Below, in pieces: positions 10,790-23,511 of a stretch of 64,000 bases of DNA. Every line of letters begins with the position of its first letter. Position 1 is the stretch's first letter. The notes beneath the pieces were generated by a model. It saw nothing but the letters and a program-made list of their open reading frames with translations. It had not been told where the DNA came from and made no database searches. Source of the stretch: Tetramitus jugosus (Eukaryota > Protista > Heterolobosea); contig OW569354.1 in NCBI GenBank assembly GCA_937625935.1, positions 310,001 to 374,000 of the forward strand, in the 5' to 3' direction. Both the position numbers and the translations under genes were made by a program.

Positions 10790-11540
10790 TGTCGGTGATG
10801 TGTGGTGAATTTGTTTGCGTGGTTCGGTTTTTTTCTGCGGGTCAACTGTTGTTACAAGAAGTGTAAATTGTCCGATTGACTGAAAATCTCCAAAGAGAAG
10901 CTGCATTGCTTCTCTCGAGTTGCATACACGGAATACAGGTATCTGAGTCCATCTGGAGTGGTTGACCACGAATTGGTGCCTTGTTGTATTCAGGGAGTTT
11001 TGAGAAGTTCACTTCTAGAAAACAAACCAAGCCAATTTTTCGCCAGATCGACTCATCATGATGCCCATTACACCAGCCAAAGCAGAAACCCCGCACGAAA
11101 TTCAAGAAAGACTAGAGAGAGCAAAAAAGCGCTTCATTCTTAATCTTGTGATTTGCTTGGTCATGCTGGTTGTTACGATCAGCCGTATTTGGGAATTCTG
11201 TTCCAATCTTCATAAAAGATCGAAATAGCGTAGGTAAGGGTCCAAGGGGAAAGAGTCACTCTCAATTTGTTGTCAACAATAACTGCCTCTGCGGAATACA
11301 TTGCCATGTTGTAATTTTTTCTCCGCTCTGATTGTTCAACGAAAATCTGGATTGGGAGTTTTTCACACATGCAAAATTTTTGCGCTGTCATGGTTCAACC
11401 AACACCAACCAAAAGCAAAGCGCTGTCCCCCACACAACAACCAACACAATCGCCATTTCCACTCACTTTTTCCATCTCACTCAACAACACTCATCACACA
11501 CACAACAAACAAGGAAAAGTAAAAAAAATAAATAGCGAAC

Positions 11541-14500
11541 ATGACCACCACCAACATTCATCCAAAGCTAACAAAACAACAAGACGAGCTCGAGAATGAA
11601 TGGGTCAAGAATATGAGAAGAACGACTCAACCTCATATCGACTCATACAATCACGCCATTTCTCACGACATTCACAGAATGATACAACAGTTGCCAACAT
11701 GGAAAATTGTTGAGAAACCAACAGAGGAGAGTGAAGAAACTGAAACTAAAACAATGGAGCTCAACATAGTAGGAGTGAACATTTCAAAGCCAGAAATGCC
11801 AGAATCCAATGGTGCCAAACTATACCCTTCACAGTGCAGAGAAGGAAGACTGGATTACTGTGGTAAGCTTACACTTGAATTCGAAGTGAGTACCTATCAG
11901 GGTGAAGACAGCTCTTCTTCTCATTCCTATCGAATCAGCGTAGATGCTGGTTTTGTGCCCATCATGGTCATGAGTTCTCTGTGTCATTTGAGACACATGA
12001 CCAAGGAACAATTGGCCAAGCATGGAGAAGAATTGTTCGAAGCTGGAGGTTATTTTATTACGGGAGGTTCAGAAAAGGTGGTTCGTCTTTTGAATGCACC
12101 AAAGCGTAATTATGTATGTTGTTGTTGTTGTTGTTGTTGATTCTTTGTTTATGATCGTTGCGATACGGATAGTCGAAACAGCATTGACTCACTCTTGTCT
12201 CTTTTTTTTTGTGTTTGTGATTGATAGCCCTTTTCTATTCGAAGAGGTGGTGGTGATGCTGAACTGAGTGACCAAAAGATTTATATTCGTTGTGTGAGAA
12301 GCGATGAAACAATGACTCTAAACTACATAAAGTATCGATGGGATGGTAGCACGATTTTTGCATTCCAGACGTTTGAAGTATCGACCGTGTTGTTGCTCAA
12401 GGCACTCAAGAGATGTACGGACAAGGAAATTTTTGAGAGTATTCTGGGTCACAACGCCTCTGCCACAAACATTGACAGAGTCATGAATGCACTGAGAACA
12501 TTTAGAACAAGACACTCAAATGTAGATACTCCAGAGGAGATTTATAGAATGTTGGGCACGCAGTTCCATCGATATAGAGTCGGTGATGAGGACTTTATGT
12601 CACTGGGTAAGCGTGTGGTCAGAAAGTTTGTGCTACCATTTTTGGAGAGCGATGAAGCAAAGTTTGACTACATTGTGTTTGCTGTCCGAAAATTGTTCTT
12701 ATTCATCGATGGTAAGATACCCGAGGAGAGAACAGAAGATTTTGCGTTCAATGAGTTGCAAGGACCAGGTCAGACCTTTACGACAACTCTGAGAGAGGCT
12801 ATTATTTCTTCAATGAGATTCTTATCGAATTTGTTTAGAACAAAGAAGAGTTCGATAGATATGGATAATCGTCCTAGTGTTGAATCTTCATTGAGACACG
12901 TTTGCAGAGGTATTCAAACATCAATGAAGAGATTGTTATCGTCAGGTACTGTCCAAGGTTCTGAGTATCCCATCCTGGTGCAAGCAACTGGATTGTCGAT
13001 TATTGCAGAGCGTATCAACTTTTATCGTTACTTTGCGCACTTTAGAAGTATTCACAAGGGTGCAAGATTGCAAGAGATGAGAACAACACATCACAGAAAG
13101 TTGAGTCCAGAAGAATGGGGATTCATTTGTCCAGTGCACACACCTGATGGTGGTCCTTGTGGTTTGTTGAATCATTTGTCAAGAGATGTCGACGTGATTA
13201 CTGAAGAATCTGATGACAAGGCTCTGATCAATGTGCTCGTCTCATTGGGAATGTCTCCTGTGAACAAGAATATGAGAGTTGTTTCCATCTCTAATTCTGA
13301 GAAATGTCCAGTCTTTTTGAACGGTCCTATCATTGGTTATATTCGAACCTCCGAGATTCAATCAATTGCAGATCAATTGCGATTTATGAAGGTGACTCAA
13401 AAGAACAAGGTGTCCAAATTCTTGGAAATTGTGCCTTTTGTACCTACTCAAGCCAAGGTCAGTTTCTTGCCTTCATTGAATCTATCAACACACATTCACA
13501 GATTCACTAGAATTGTTCGTAACTTGATCACCAACGAGATTGAACATATTGGTCCTATGGAACAAACCTTCTTGAACATTGCATGTACCGTCGACGATAT
13601 TAGAGCAAACACGACTCACATGGAAGTATCTCCTGCCACCATGTTGAGTAACATTGGTTCATTGACACCTTTCTCTGACTTTAATCAAAGTCCTCGTAAT
13701 ATTTATCAATGTCAGATGGGTAAGCAGTCCATTGGTTTCCCTCTCTATAACTTTAGAGGCAGAACTGATAACAAGATTTACAGACTGTTGACCCCTCAAA
13801 AGCCATTGGTCAGAACTGAATGGCAAGAGAAGTTACCATTCAACGGTTATACTCATGGTACGAATGCTATTGTTGCTGTCATTTCCTACACTGGTTACGA
13901 TATGGAAGATGCCATGATTGTAAATAAGAGCAGTTTCGAGAGAGGATTCGGTCACGCAAGTATGATTAAATCCGAGGCCGTTTACACGGTAGATGTCTGG
14001 AAAGAGTTTAAGCCAAAGAATGGTGGTGAATTCCCAGTCTACTTTAATAACTGGATCGCAACCGAGAACAAGAAGGCTGTTGAAGAGTTGGATATTGATG
14101 GACTTCCTCTGCCTGGTACTCTATTGAAAGATCAGAGCCCAATGTACTGTGTCTACAACGAATCAACATGCAAGCACGAAACCATGAAATACAAGGGAAC
14201 TGAAAGTGCCTATGTTGACAATGTTAAGGTTGCTAGTGTGCGATCATACGATCCTCAAGCTGTCGGTACAAATCCAAACAGTTGGAGAAAATTGCACGCC
14301 ATTATTACCCTAAGAATCAACCGTAATCCAATTATTGGTGACAAGTTCAGTAGTCGTCACGGTCAAAAGGGTATCATGAGTATGTTGTGGCCATCAGTGG
14401 ATATGCCATTCTCTGAGAGTGGTGTCAGCCCTGATGTTCTCATTAACCCTCACGCTTTCCCATCTAGAATGACTATTGGTATGTTGATCGAGAGTATGGC

Positions 14501-15083
14501 CGGAAAGGCTGGTGCATTGCATGGATACTATGCAGATGCCACTCCATTCCAATTCGATGAAAAGACTCAACCAATTGACTACTTTGGAGAACAACTTGCA
14601 AAGGCTGGTTACAACTACTTTGGTAACGAAACACTGTACTCTGGTTTGAATGGTGTTGAGATGAAGGCTGATATCTACATGGGTGTTGTCTACTACCAAC
14701 GTCTTAGACACATGGTGTCTGATAAGTTCCAGGCCAGAAACAATCAAGGTCCAATTGATAGAATGACCAGACAACCAATCAAGGGTAGAAAGAGAGGTGG
14801 TGGTATCCGTTTCGGTGAGATGGAAAGAGATGCCTTGTTGGCTTATGGTTCCACCCATATTCTTCGAGATCGTATGCTTTTGTGCTCCGATTATGATCAA
14901 GCTCAAGTCTGTCGTCACTGTGGAAGTTTATTGAGTGTCATTGGAACCAGGAGGTCAATGGTCTGTACTTCCTGCAACGGAAAGGACATCGGTATCGTTG
15001 AAATACCCTATGCTCTCCGATATCTGAACGCAGAATTGGCTTCTATGAACATCAAGATGAAGCTTAACGTCAAGGACTCATAA
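11541..15083 (+). CDS. RPA2: RNA polymerase I second-largest subunit (RPA2/RPA135); intron 12114-12227
   Basis: Motifs PHIDSYN, LYPSQCRE, WGFICPVHTPDGGPCGLLNHL, NQSPRNIYQCQMGKQ, GDKFSSRHGQKG, YYQRLRHMVSDK and GGIRFGEMERD. The in-frame intron gives KRNY/PFSIRR. Confidence 0.95.
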
Positions 15084-15247
15084 ACATTTATTTCTTCTTC
15101 GCCTTCCTCCCCACAAATTCATCCTTCTAGATCTCACTTGGACCAAGCTCAATTATCGGAGAATCCAATAAGTTCCACCAAGAAAGAAAACAAAAACAAC
15201 AACAGCAATAAAAAAAAACTCAGAGACAATCAAATTCGACTGAAACC

Positions 15248-15732
15248 ATGTCTGACAACAACAATAATGCACAAGATCAAGAATCACCCATAACCGAACC
15301 ATTAACATCAACAGCGACGACAACCGCCACAACTGCCATGAATCAAGACACAAAAGTCTTGATCATATTGAAGCCTGTGGGTGATGCACCACTGTTGAAG
15401 AAGACAAAGTACAAGATTGCAGCAACATCTCAATTCAGTGAAGTGATCGTATTTGTTAGAAAGAGACTCAACGTTCAACCTGATCAATCATTGGTATGCA
15501 ATTCAGTCGTTTTTTCAACTTGAAAACTATGTTTTTTTTATTATTGTTACCCAGGTCCACCCTTTCTAACAACAAAAATCCATCTTGTTAAATAATCACT
15601 TCTTGAATGTAGTTCCTGTATTGTAATCAAGCCTTCTGTCCCAGTCCTTCGGAATACGTGGGCAATCTGTTGTTAAACTTTGGAAAGGACAAATTGGTAT
15701 TGAACTATGCTCTGACGACCGCCTGGGGATAA
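15248..15732 (+). CDS. ATG12: Autophagy ubiquitin-like protein ATG12; intron 15494-15612
   Basis: KVLIILKPVGDAPLLKK...F..VI.FVRKRL, then exon 2 FLYCNQAFCPSP...LVLNYALTTAWG* with the terminal Gly. Confidence 0.92.
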
Positions 15733-15889
15733 AAACAAAGACATCTACATTCACTCACTCCAATAATATACACTTACAAAACTCCTCCAACCTTCCTCTC
15801 GTAATCTCCTCTCCCAAATCTGGTACCACCCAGAAAGAAGAATGTACATCCTCTCTTGACTCATACTCCACTCTGCTGACACGTCATTC

Positions 15890-16945
15890 TCACATACTTG
15901 TCAATAAAATTTCTGTTGCTTCCTGAATATTGTTGTTTGTTTGATTGAGTGCTCGTATTGCTTCCTCACGATCAAATCCCATTCCGGTCAACAGGGCAAT
16001 ATTGTCTTCAGATGCATTGTTGTTCGATAATGGTCTCTGTCGTGGTGGCCATGCACCTCCACCATATGAATTCATATTTTGATTGCCTAATAAATTATCA
16101 GTGTAAACATCTTGTGTCGCCGCAGTTATATCAAATCCTTGTTCTTGCTGCTGTTGCTGTTGTGCAACATTCCTGGCTCTCAAATTTGAATTTCCAAAAA
16201 TTTCATCTTGTCTCTGTCGCGTGAACCTATTTCTTTGATTTTGTTGTTGTTGATCACGGTTGGACGAAGGCACACTTTGACTGTTGATCAGGGGGAAAAT
16301 GTGCTTGGCGAACCAGCGAGCAATCGGAGATGGTAACTTCCACGATCGCAACGCTCTATTGTTCACATAGATGACACCAGCGATAACTCCGCATAGCGCC
16401 ATTGGAAAAACGCGCCAAAAATTCAACAGTAAAAGCTGAAGGGCCAACAAGTACACAGCGTGCTTCTCAGTGAGTGTGTATGAGAGATGACGAGAGAGTC
16501 TCATGGTTGTCGTCGCAGGTATCATCACAAAATAAATCACCAACGAAGCAAACAGCAATCCATATGGTCCACTCTTCCAGTACAATCCAAATAAATCTCC
16601 GCTCGCGCCCAAAACAAAGCGCGCCAAAAACAAAAGGAAAGCATGAACGAGAGAGGAGAAAACGTAACTATACACAACAAAAACACAATATTTTTGACTG
16701 CCATAAAAACGCTCAAAACAACGGAACACATAGAGAAGAGCAATGCTTAGCAGTGTCTCACTCATTGACGTGAGCAAAAAGGGTGATGCAAAAAGCTTCC
16801 AACCACTTCTCTTTAGAGCTCCACGGCTGCTCTTTCGATCGTTTAACATGGCTGCAATCACACTGATGAGAACACATGTGTAAATGATGGTTTTTGTGAC
16901 TGGCGCGTTATGAAAGCCACTTGGTCCTGATGATAGAAGCGACAT
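15890..16945 (-). CDS. Rhomboid-like pseudoprotease with C-terminal UBA (UBAC2/Dsc2-like)
   Basis: GFHNAPVTK, FRCFERFYGSQKY and SGPYG motifs, TM helices, and a UBA domain (LTGMGFDREEAIRALNQTNNNIQEATEIL). Confidence 0.85.
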   Translation of the reverse strand: MSLLSSGPSGFHNAPVTKTIIYTCVLISVIAAMLNDRKSSRGALKRSGWKLFASPFLLTSMSETLLSIALLYVFRCFERFYGSQKYCVFVVYSYVFSSLVHAFLLFLARFVLGASGDLFGLYWKSGPYGLLFASLVIYFVMIPATTTMRLSRHLSYTLTEKHAVYLLALQLLLLNFWRVFPMALCGVIAGVIYVNNRALRSWKLPSPIARWFAKHIFPLINSQSVPSSNRDQQQQNQRNRFTRQRQDEIFGNSNLRARNVAQQQQQQEQGFDITAATQDVYTDNLLGNQNMNSYGGGAWPPRQRPLSNNNASEDNIALLTGMGFDREEAIRALNQTNNNIQEATEILLTSM

Positions 16946-17568
16946 TTGTTGCGTGAGAATGTCTTTTGTTTGTGGTTTGCTTTTTTTTCTTCTGGTGTTC
17001 GAAAAAGTTGTTGGATCAATTTTTGATCCTTCTTGCTTTTTTGCTTGGGAGATTAAACTCCGATTGAGTGGTTGCTGGTTCTCGTTTTTGTCGCTACAGT
17101 AGTGGTTGGAACGAATCTATGATGAAGGATCCTTTTTGTTTTTTTCTTGGAGAAAGGATTGTTTGTTCACATATGTTTTTTGGTTTTTTTTGTTTGGCTT
17201 ATTGTTGTGTGTGTTTGTCCATTGGTAACAAGAGGCTCTCTGTGGTTAACTCTCATGTGTTTGGCCTGGAATTTGCTCTTGTCGTACATGTGAGCATTGG
17301 TGGCCGGTCGTCAGGTCAGAATGGTTGATGTGACAAGAAAGGCCGAATTTCCCTCACAGGCCTCAAAATTCTCATTCAAAATCCGTTTTGTGTGGTTCAA
17401 AAAATACCAGCGACGATCGTTAGGAAAACTTGGCCTTTCTCTCGTCAACCGAGGCAACCTTGACGCTCAACTGCCCCCTATAAAAAATTTTTTCATATCA
17501 CGCACCAAGCCAAAAACTTTCAACACCAATAACAACCACCAACCCAACAACCAACACTATATAGAATC

Positions 17569-18012
17569 ATGTGCGCAAAGAAGGCAGCAACCACAGAAAA
17601 GAGAAAGAGAACTACCAAGGCAAAGAAGGAGAAGGACCCTGATGCACCAAAGAGACCATTGTCCTCTTATATGCTCTTCTGTCAAGATGAGAGAGAAACT
17701 GTCAAGGAGGAACACCCAACCTTCAAGGCTAAGGAAATTCTAACTGAGCTAGGCAAGCGATGGAAGGCACTCGATGAAGACGATAAGAAGACTTACACTG
17801 ACAGATTCAATGAAAACAAGAAGGTTTACGAAGTTGAAAAGAAGAAGTATGACACTAAGAAGAAGGAAGAAGCTTCTGATGAAGAAGAATCTGAAGATGA
17901 AAAGCCAAAGAAGAAGGCCAAGAAGCCTGCTGCAAAGCCAACCAAGAAGGCCCCTGCAAAGAAGGAAGAGTCTGAGGAAGAATCTGAAGATGAAGAGGAC
18001 GACGAAGAGTAA
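17569..18012 (+). CDS. HMG-box protein (HMGB/NHP6-like) with acidic tail
   Basis: KDPDAPKRPLSSYMLFCQDERETVKEEHP...LGKRWKAL. Confidence 0.92.
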   Translation: MCAKKAATTEKRKRTTKAKKEKDPDAPKRPLSSYMLFCQDERETVKEEHPTFKAKEILTELGKRWKALDEDDKKTYTDRFNENKKVYEVEKKKYDTKKKEEASDEEESEDEKPKKKAKKPAAKPTKKAPAKKEESEEESEDEEDDEE

Positions 18013-18412
18013 AAAGCTCCACCTCCATTTCAAACTCCCTGACAACAGCAGCATTTGTTCAACTGTTGGTGGTCTTTGCTCGAGACGTCTTGAGCAACCT
18101 TGCACAAGGAAAGAGTCAATGGATCAGTGCTCAACCTTGTTGAAAAACAAGGAAAGCTTTTGATCGCTTTTCTGGTTTGGTTGCAACAGACCTGTAGTAG
18201 GAAGAGGACTACAATGAACTGGTCCCAAATTTTGTATATTCACACAATCTCATAAAAAAAAGCGTTAAAAATCTATTTTTCCGTTCACTTTATTCTTACA
18301 AACTTGTTCATCTCCGACTGAAAAAAAAAAGCGACTTCCAAAATCACACAACAACAATCACAATCATCATTCAGAGAGGAGGCGTCTGTTGAACAACTAC
18401 ACAAAAGAAACC

Positions 18413-20029
18413 ATGACAACTGGAAGAGAAGAAGACGATCTATTCAATGAGCTCTATGGTGAAGAAGAGGACACGACCGCTGCCACAAACTCAGCCAATC
18501 AGCAACAACCTCTACCTCCAACAACAATAATGTCGTCCGATACACCGAAAAGTACAGCCACTGATTTTGGTAAAATGTTGGAGGAAGACAGTGATGATGA
18601 TGAAGCATCAGAAGCGGCCAACATTGAAGCAGCGATCGCACAAGAAGAAGAAAAACAAAGATTACAGGAAAAGGAAGAATTGTTGGTGAAGAGTCATATT
18701 GTCAATGATGGCTTATCAGCAAATGGTTCCATTCCCTCTGCTGCCACCGCAGTTTCATCTACTGGTGTCCCTGGTACGACAGCAGTGATTAATGGTCAAA
18801 AGAAAACAATGGACGATGAGGATGATGATGACGACGATGATGAAGACGAGGATGAAGATGATAACATCAACATCATTTTAACAACGGGCAGTGAGACGAA
18901 CAACAGTGCTTCTTCAAGCAGTAATTTGCCTTCTTCTGCTACGTTGACCACTACTGGTGGTGCTACTGCTGCAACAGGTGCTGATGGTGTGACTGATGGC
19001 ACTTCAGCCGATGGCTCGTCAACATCTAGTCTCACACATATTGCAATTGTAGGAAATACGAATGATACGAGATCAAATTCGAATCAATTCTTGCCACAGA
19101 GAAATGGTTTAACAGCAACTGTTGGTGCACCAGGAACAACAGCATCAATAACACTGTCAAATGCTCATTCACAGATTGAGTTGATTGATTTTAAGGGACC
19201 AGAGTATTTGCCACTGATTCATGGACCAAAGATGAATGCCGGAGTGTTTCACAATGAACTGGAACAATATGAAGATAAGCCGTGGAGAAAACCAAATGCC
19301 AATCGAGCTGACTATTTTAATTATGGATTCAATGAGGATTCATGGACATACTATTGTATGAAACAGCAACAGCTGCGATCGGAACAATCGTTTATGCAAA
19401 GTCAAGGCAAGCAGTTAAATGCGGCATCCAATAGAGATCATAGAGATCATGGAAGAAGTACTTATGAGGCAGATAGGCACCATCCGGATCGTGACGGTCA
19501 TAGAGAGTCCGCTAGAGACAGCAGACGATCACCTCCTGCCTATGATAAGAGAGGAAGAGAGGGAGATTATGATGATAGATATGATCGATATCATGATGAT
19601 GCTCATGATCGATTTGCGAAACCAAAGACTGTTGATGAAAGAAGAAGGGGAGGCAGATCTGAGAGTAGACCAGAGATTAGTGATTCCCGGAGTTCTGCCA
19701 GGGATGATCACGGCAGGAAGGGTCATGTTGATGATCGATCAACATCTAGTCGCAGAGGCAACAGAAGTGACAGTGTAGACTCAAGAACATCAGATAGATC
19801 AGAAAGATCCTCAGACTCTCGCGATAAATTAGGCAGCAGTGGAAGCAGAAGAGAAGATTCTCGCTCTGGCAAGTCCTCTGGCGGCCGAGCTTCATCCACC
19901 TCCAAGAAGAGATCTCCACCTCGTGATGACAACAGAGGACGTGGATCTGGTGGAAGAGGAAGAGGAGACTCTGACAAGAATGACAGACACCGTTCTGGAG
20001 AACGAGATAACAAGAGACCACGCAGATAG
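18413..20029 (+). CDS. FIP1: Pre-mRNA 3'-end processing factor FIP1
   Basis: Fip1 motif [28 protein letters not shown], acidic N-terminus and RD/RS-rich C-terminus; first ATG at 18413. Confidence 0.9.
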   Translation: MTTGREEDDLFNELYGEEEDTTAATNSANQQQPLPPTTIMSSDTPKSTATDFGKMLEEDSDDDEASEAANIEAAIAQEEEKQRLQEKEELLVKSHIVNDGLSANGSIPSAATAVSSTGVPGTTAVINGQKKTMDDEDDDDDDDEDEDEDDNINIILTTGSETNNSASSSSNLPSSATLTTTGGATAATGADGVTDGTSADGSSTSSLTHIAIVGNTNDTRSNSNQFLPQRNGLTATVGAPGTTASITLSNAHSQIELIDFKGPEYLPLIHGPKMNAGVFHNELEQYEDKPWRKPNANRADYFNYGFNEDSWTYYCMKQQQLRSEQSFMQSQGKQLNAASNRDHRDHGRSTYEADRHHPDRDGHRESARDSRRSPPAYDKRGREGDYDDRYDRYHDDAHDRFAKPKTVDERRRGGRSESRPEISDSRSSARDDHGRKGHVDDRSTSSRRGNRSDSVDSRTSDRSERSSDSRDKLGSSGSRREDSRSGKSSGGRASSTSKKRSPPRDDNRGRGSGGRGRGDSDKNDRHRSGERDNKRPRR

Positions 20030-20239
20030 ATAATTCATATCTCTGCAACTTGTAGAATAAACAACATTTCATCATTTCTTCATCTTGAAGGTTCATGCTT
20101 TCATAATCGGACAATTTTAGACAAAATCCGTTACTTTATTTTTCCACCAAAAGAAAAAATTTCTCTCGTCCATAATTCCAAACTCTTTGAAGGAACAACA
20201 CACGGCAGCTGACATCCCTTACACCACAGAGGAAGAGAC

Positions 20240-22594
20240 ATGTCCGTATTTTCAAATAAAAAGACACCCGATTTCCTAAAGGATGCAGGTATGTTCATCA
20301 ATGATCCACCTACCAATGGATATCCATAACAATACCTTATTGTGTCGAGTACCATGTCCAATTGAGTGATCATTGAATATTGACACACGTGCGTTTTTTT
20401 CTTTTTGACTACATTAGAATTGTGTCAAACATTCTTTCAATCTTTTATCAACAAGGAAAATGGTCAAAAGACATACGATAGCTACGTACAAGAGGTGCTT
20501 CAGGAAAAGCGCAGATTGATCGAGGTACATTTGGATGACGTTGCCTCTTTTTTCAACAATTTGGACCTTGTGCAACGAATTGAGAGCAACACAAAAACAT
20601 ATCAAGAAATTTTTTCTGCTTGTGTCGATGAGCTAGTGGAATTGGCGCGAAATGGAGGCACAAACCCGAGTGCCTCTGCTGATCCAGCAATGAACACGAA
20701 TCAGGTTCCTAAAGATCTCATGAGAAAGCATGAAGTGTGTTTCCATGAACGATCCATGAAACAACCTATTCCTCTTCGTCAATTGAAGAGTGAGCACATT
20801 GGTAAGTTGGTGAGTGTGAGAGGTATTGTGACTCGTGTAAGTGATGTGAAGGCCGAGGTTCGTGTTGTTTGTTACATGTGCGACAAGTGCCATGCACAGA
20901 TTTATCAAGAAGTGAACGGAAAGGCCTATACTCCATTGTCCAGATGTCCAAGTCAAATTTGCAAGGCTAACAAGTCGAATGGTATTTTGGAACAAATCAC
21001 CAGAATGTGCAAGTTTGCAAAGTTTCAAGAGATGAGGTTGCAGGAGAAGACTGATGAAGTCCCTCAGGGAAATATTCCTCGAAGCTTGCGTGTTTACATT
21101 TCAGGTGATTTGACACGTCAATGCGGACCAGGTGACTCTGTTACAATTACTGGAACATTTATGCCAGCTCCAATCAATAACCGATTTGGAACAGGATCTG
21201 GAGGCTCTATTGCAACTACATTTGTTCAAGCAATGAAGATTGTGAGACATAAGAAGAGATATGATGATTATTCCGAAGATGGTGCACTATTGGATCAAAT
21301 TAAGAAGGATCAGAAGAAAAAGAACATGTATCAACTCTTGGCGAACAGTCTCGCTCCTGAAATTTATGGACATGACGATGTGAAGAAGGCACTCTTGCTG
21401 ATGCTTGCCGGTGGTGTCACAAAATCTTTAGCAGATGGTATAAGCATTCGTGGTGATATCAACATCTGTCTCATGGGTGATCCTGGTGTTGCCAAGTCTC
21501 AGTTGCTTCGTTTCATTTCTCAACTCTCCCCTCGTGGTATTTATACAACTGGAAAAGGTTCCTCCGGTGTTGGTTTGACTGCTGCTGTCATCAAAGACCC
21601 AGCAACAGGCGAGCTTGTTTTGGAAGGTGGTGCACTTGTTTTGGCAGATAAGGGTGTATGCTGCATTGATGAGTTTGATAAGATGGATGATTACGATAGA
21701 ACAGCTTTGCACGAAGTCATGGAGCAACAGAGCGTTTCTATTGCCAAGGCTGGTATCACCACAACACTGAATGCCCGTGCTTCAGTTCTAGCCGCAGCCA
21801 ATCCAGCATACGGCAGATATAATCCAAGAAAGAGTCCTACCGAGAATATTAATTTGCCACCTGCTTTGCTATCTCGTTTCGATCTCATGTTTTTGTTGTT
21901 GGATAAGCAGAATGATGACTTGGATCTGGCACTGGCCCGTCACATTACCTATGTCCATCAGCACTCAAAAGCTCCAGACGCACCTCAAGAAACTACTGAA
22001 ACCACTGATGAACGGTCATCTCAACAAGGCCTCTTGGACAAGAATTATATTAGAGGATACATCTCATTAGCCAAAACATTCAATCCTGTTATCACGAGGA
22101 GTATTTGTGACTTTGTTACTGAACTCTATGTACAGATGAGACAGAATGATCACAGAGCTGGTGTTTTGGCTGGTAAGGAAGATTTTTCTGACACAAGCAA
22201 GGCCTATACAACACCTCGTGCGCTACTTTCGATACTCCGTCTTGCTCAGGCGTTTGCTCGTCTTCGATTCTCTGATGTTGTCTTACAAGAGGATATCTTG
22301 GAGGCAAAGAGGCTCATGGATTCCTCTCGTTCCTCATTGCTCGATGAAAGTTCCAAGGGACAAGCTCCAGATCCAGTCTCTCAAGTCTTTAGCATTATCA
22401 AGGCACGTCATCAACAGCTATTGTCTCGTGGTGGCGATGATGATGTATTATTGGCAGATGTCACTGGTGAACTCACTGGAAAGGGTCTCATGACCTATTT
22501 GGACAAGTGTTTGGAGGAATACGAAAACCTGAACGTTTGGTCCGTTGTGGTCAACGGTACACAGAAGACTGCCGTCACATTTATTCACCTCTAA
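20240..22594 (+). CDS. MCM7: DNA replication licensing factor MCM7; intron 20289-20417
   Basis: IRGDINICLMGDPGVAKSQLL, IDEFDKM, AAANPAYGRYNP and LLSRFDL motifs. A short first exon MSVFSNKKTPDFLKDA splices in frame. Confidence 0.95.
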
Positions 22595-22658
22595 ATTTCT
22601 TACTTATAAATTAAGCTTTGTATCTTTATTATCTTGAAAGAACAGTTGCATCACATAT

Positions 22659-23207
22659 CTACAGTTTTGATATCAGAATATCACTCTTTGTTCTTTCATC
22701 GGGCGTCAGTGTACCGTACGCAGCATAACCTGAAAGGGAGTCCATTCTCATCGTACTCAACATGAATGATCCAGTACCTTTGGCAATGAATGACTCACCA
22801 CAGTACAGTTCAGCTTCTGCTACGACCAGGTGCCTCGTTGCTGATATGACCTTTCCCTTTGCAATCATTGACAGCCCTTGTCGCTTCATCTCTTCCGAAA
22901 CTGGCTTGAAATAGGAGAGTTGGAATCCAGATGTAAACATGAACGTGTCCTTGTTAATGGACTGCGCAGCGAACCAGGCTGCATCGTCCAGAGCTTTGAA
23001 AATGAAACCACCGTGCATCGTGTTGGCCGCATTGAAAAATTCAGTCTGGATCTCGGTAGCAACAATCGATTGACCATAGTCCGGTACCTGAGCAATGTTA
23101 TGAAAGTATTTGGAGAAGGGAGCAGACTTGTACATGTAAGCCAGACTATTCCAATGATATTGGAACTGTTCATGGTTGGGTGACTTTACAAATGGATGAG
23201 CGTTCAT
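22659..23207 (-). CDS. PaaI-family hot-dog-fold thioesterase
   Basis: FFNAANTMHGGFIFKALDDAAWFAAQS...YFKPV...AKGTGSFM; likely ATG at 23207. Confidence 0.85.
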   Translation of the reverse strand: MNAHPFVKSPNHEQFQYHWNSLAYMYKSAPFSKYFHNIAQVPDYGQSIVATEIQTEFFNAANTMHGGFIFKALDDAAWFAAQSINKDTFMFTSGFQLSYFKPVSEEMKRQGLSMIAKGKVISATRHLVVAEAELYCGESFIAKGTGSFMLSTMRMDSLSGYAAYGTLTPDERTKSDILISKL

Positions 23208-23511
23208 ACTGAGATACGCGTCACTCGTGTTGCCAGAGATGAGTGAAGTGTTGATTTTGTGTGTTTTGTCTAAATGACACGGAGATAAGGAAATATTCTG
23301 TCGCAGGTCCAAAAGACGCGAATGACGAAGAGCGTATGTGTCAAGAGCGAGGTAGTTGTTACCTGTAAGTAACCAACTTTGGCTAGTCTACAAAGCTTCC
23401 AACTCATAGGTCATAGCTGTGAGTGCGCACAAAATCAATTTCATTGTCCGCAAAACGGACGTGTCGCAACATCGAAACACACAAACAGCAAACACAAAAC
23501 AGCAATCAAAA

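Noticed and set aside
10985-11310. Minus-strand short ORF ending GGC-TGA-TCG-TAA (possible selenocysteine), U6-like words and a C/D-box-like pair
   Set aside because: No convincing SECIS core, no ACAGAGA box and no recognisable rRNA guide; unsupported without a covariance-model search.
17569-17583. HMG protein and SPB1 both begin MCAKK
   Set aside because: Two examples only; compatible with chance or translation-start context bias.
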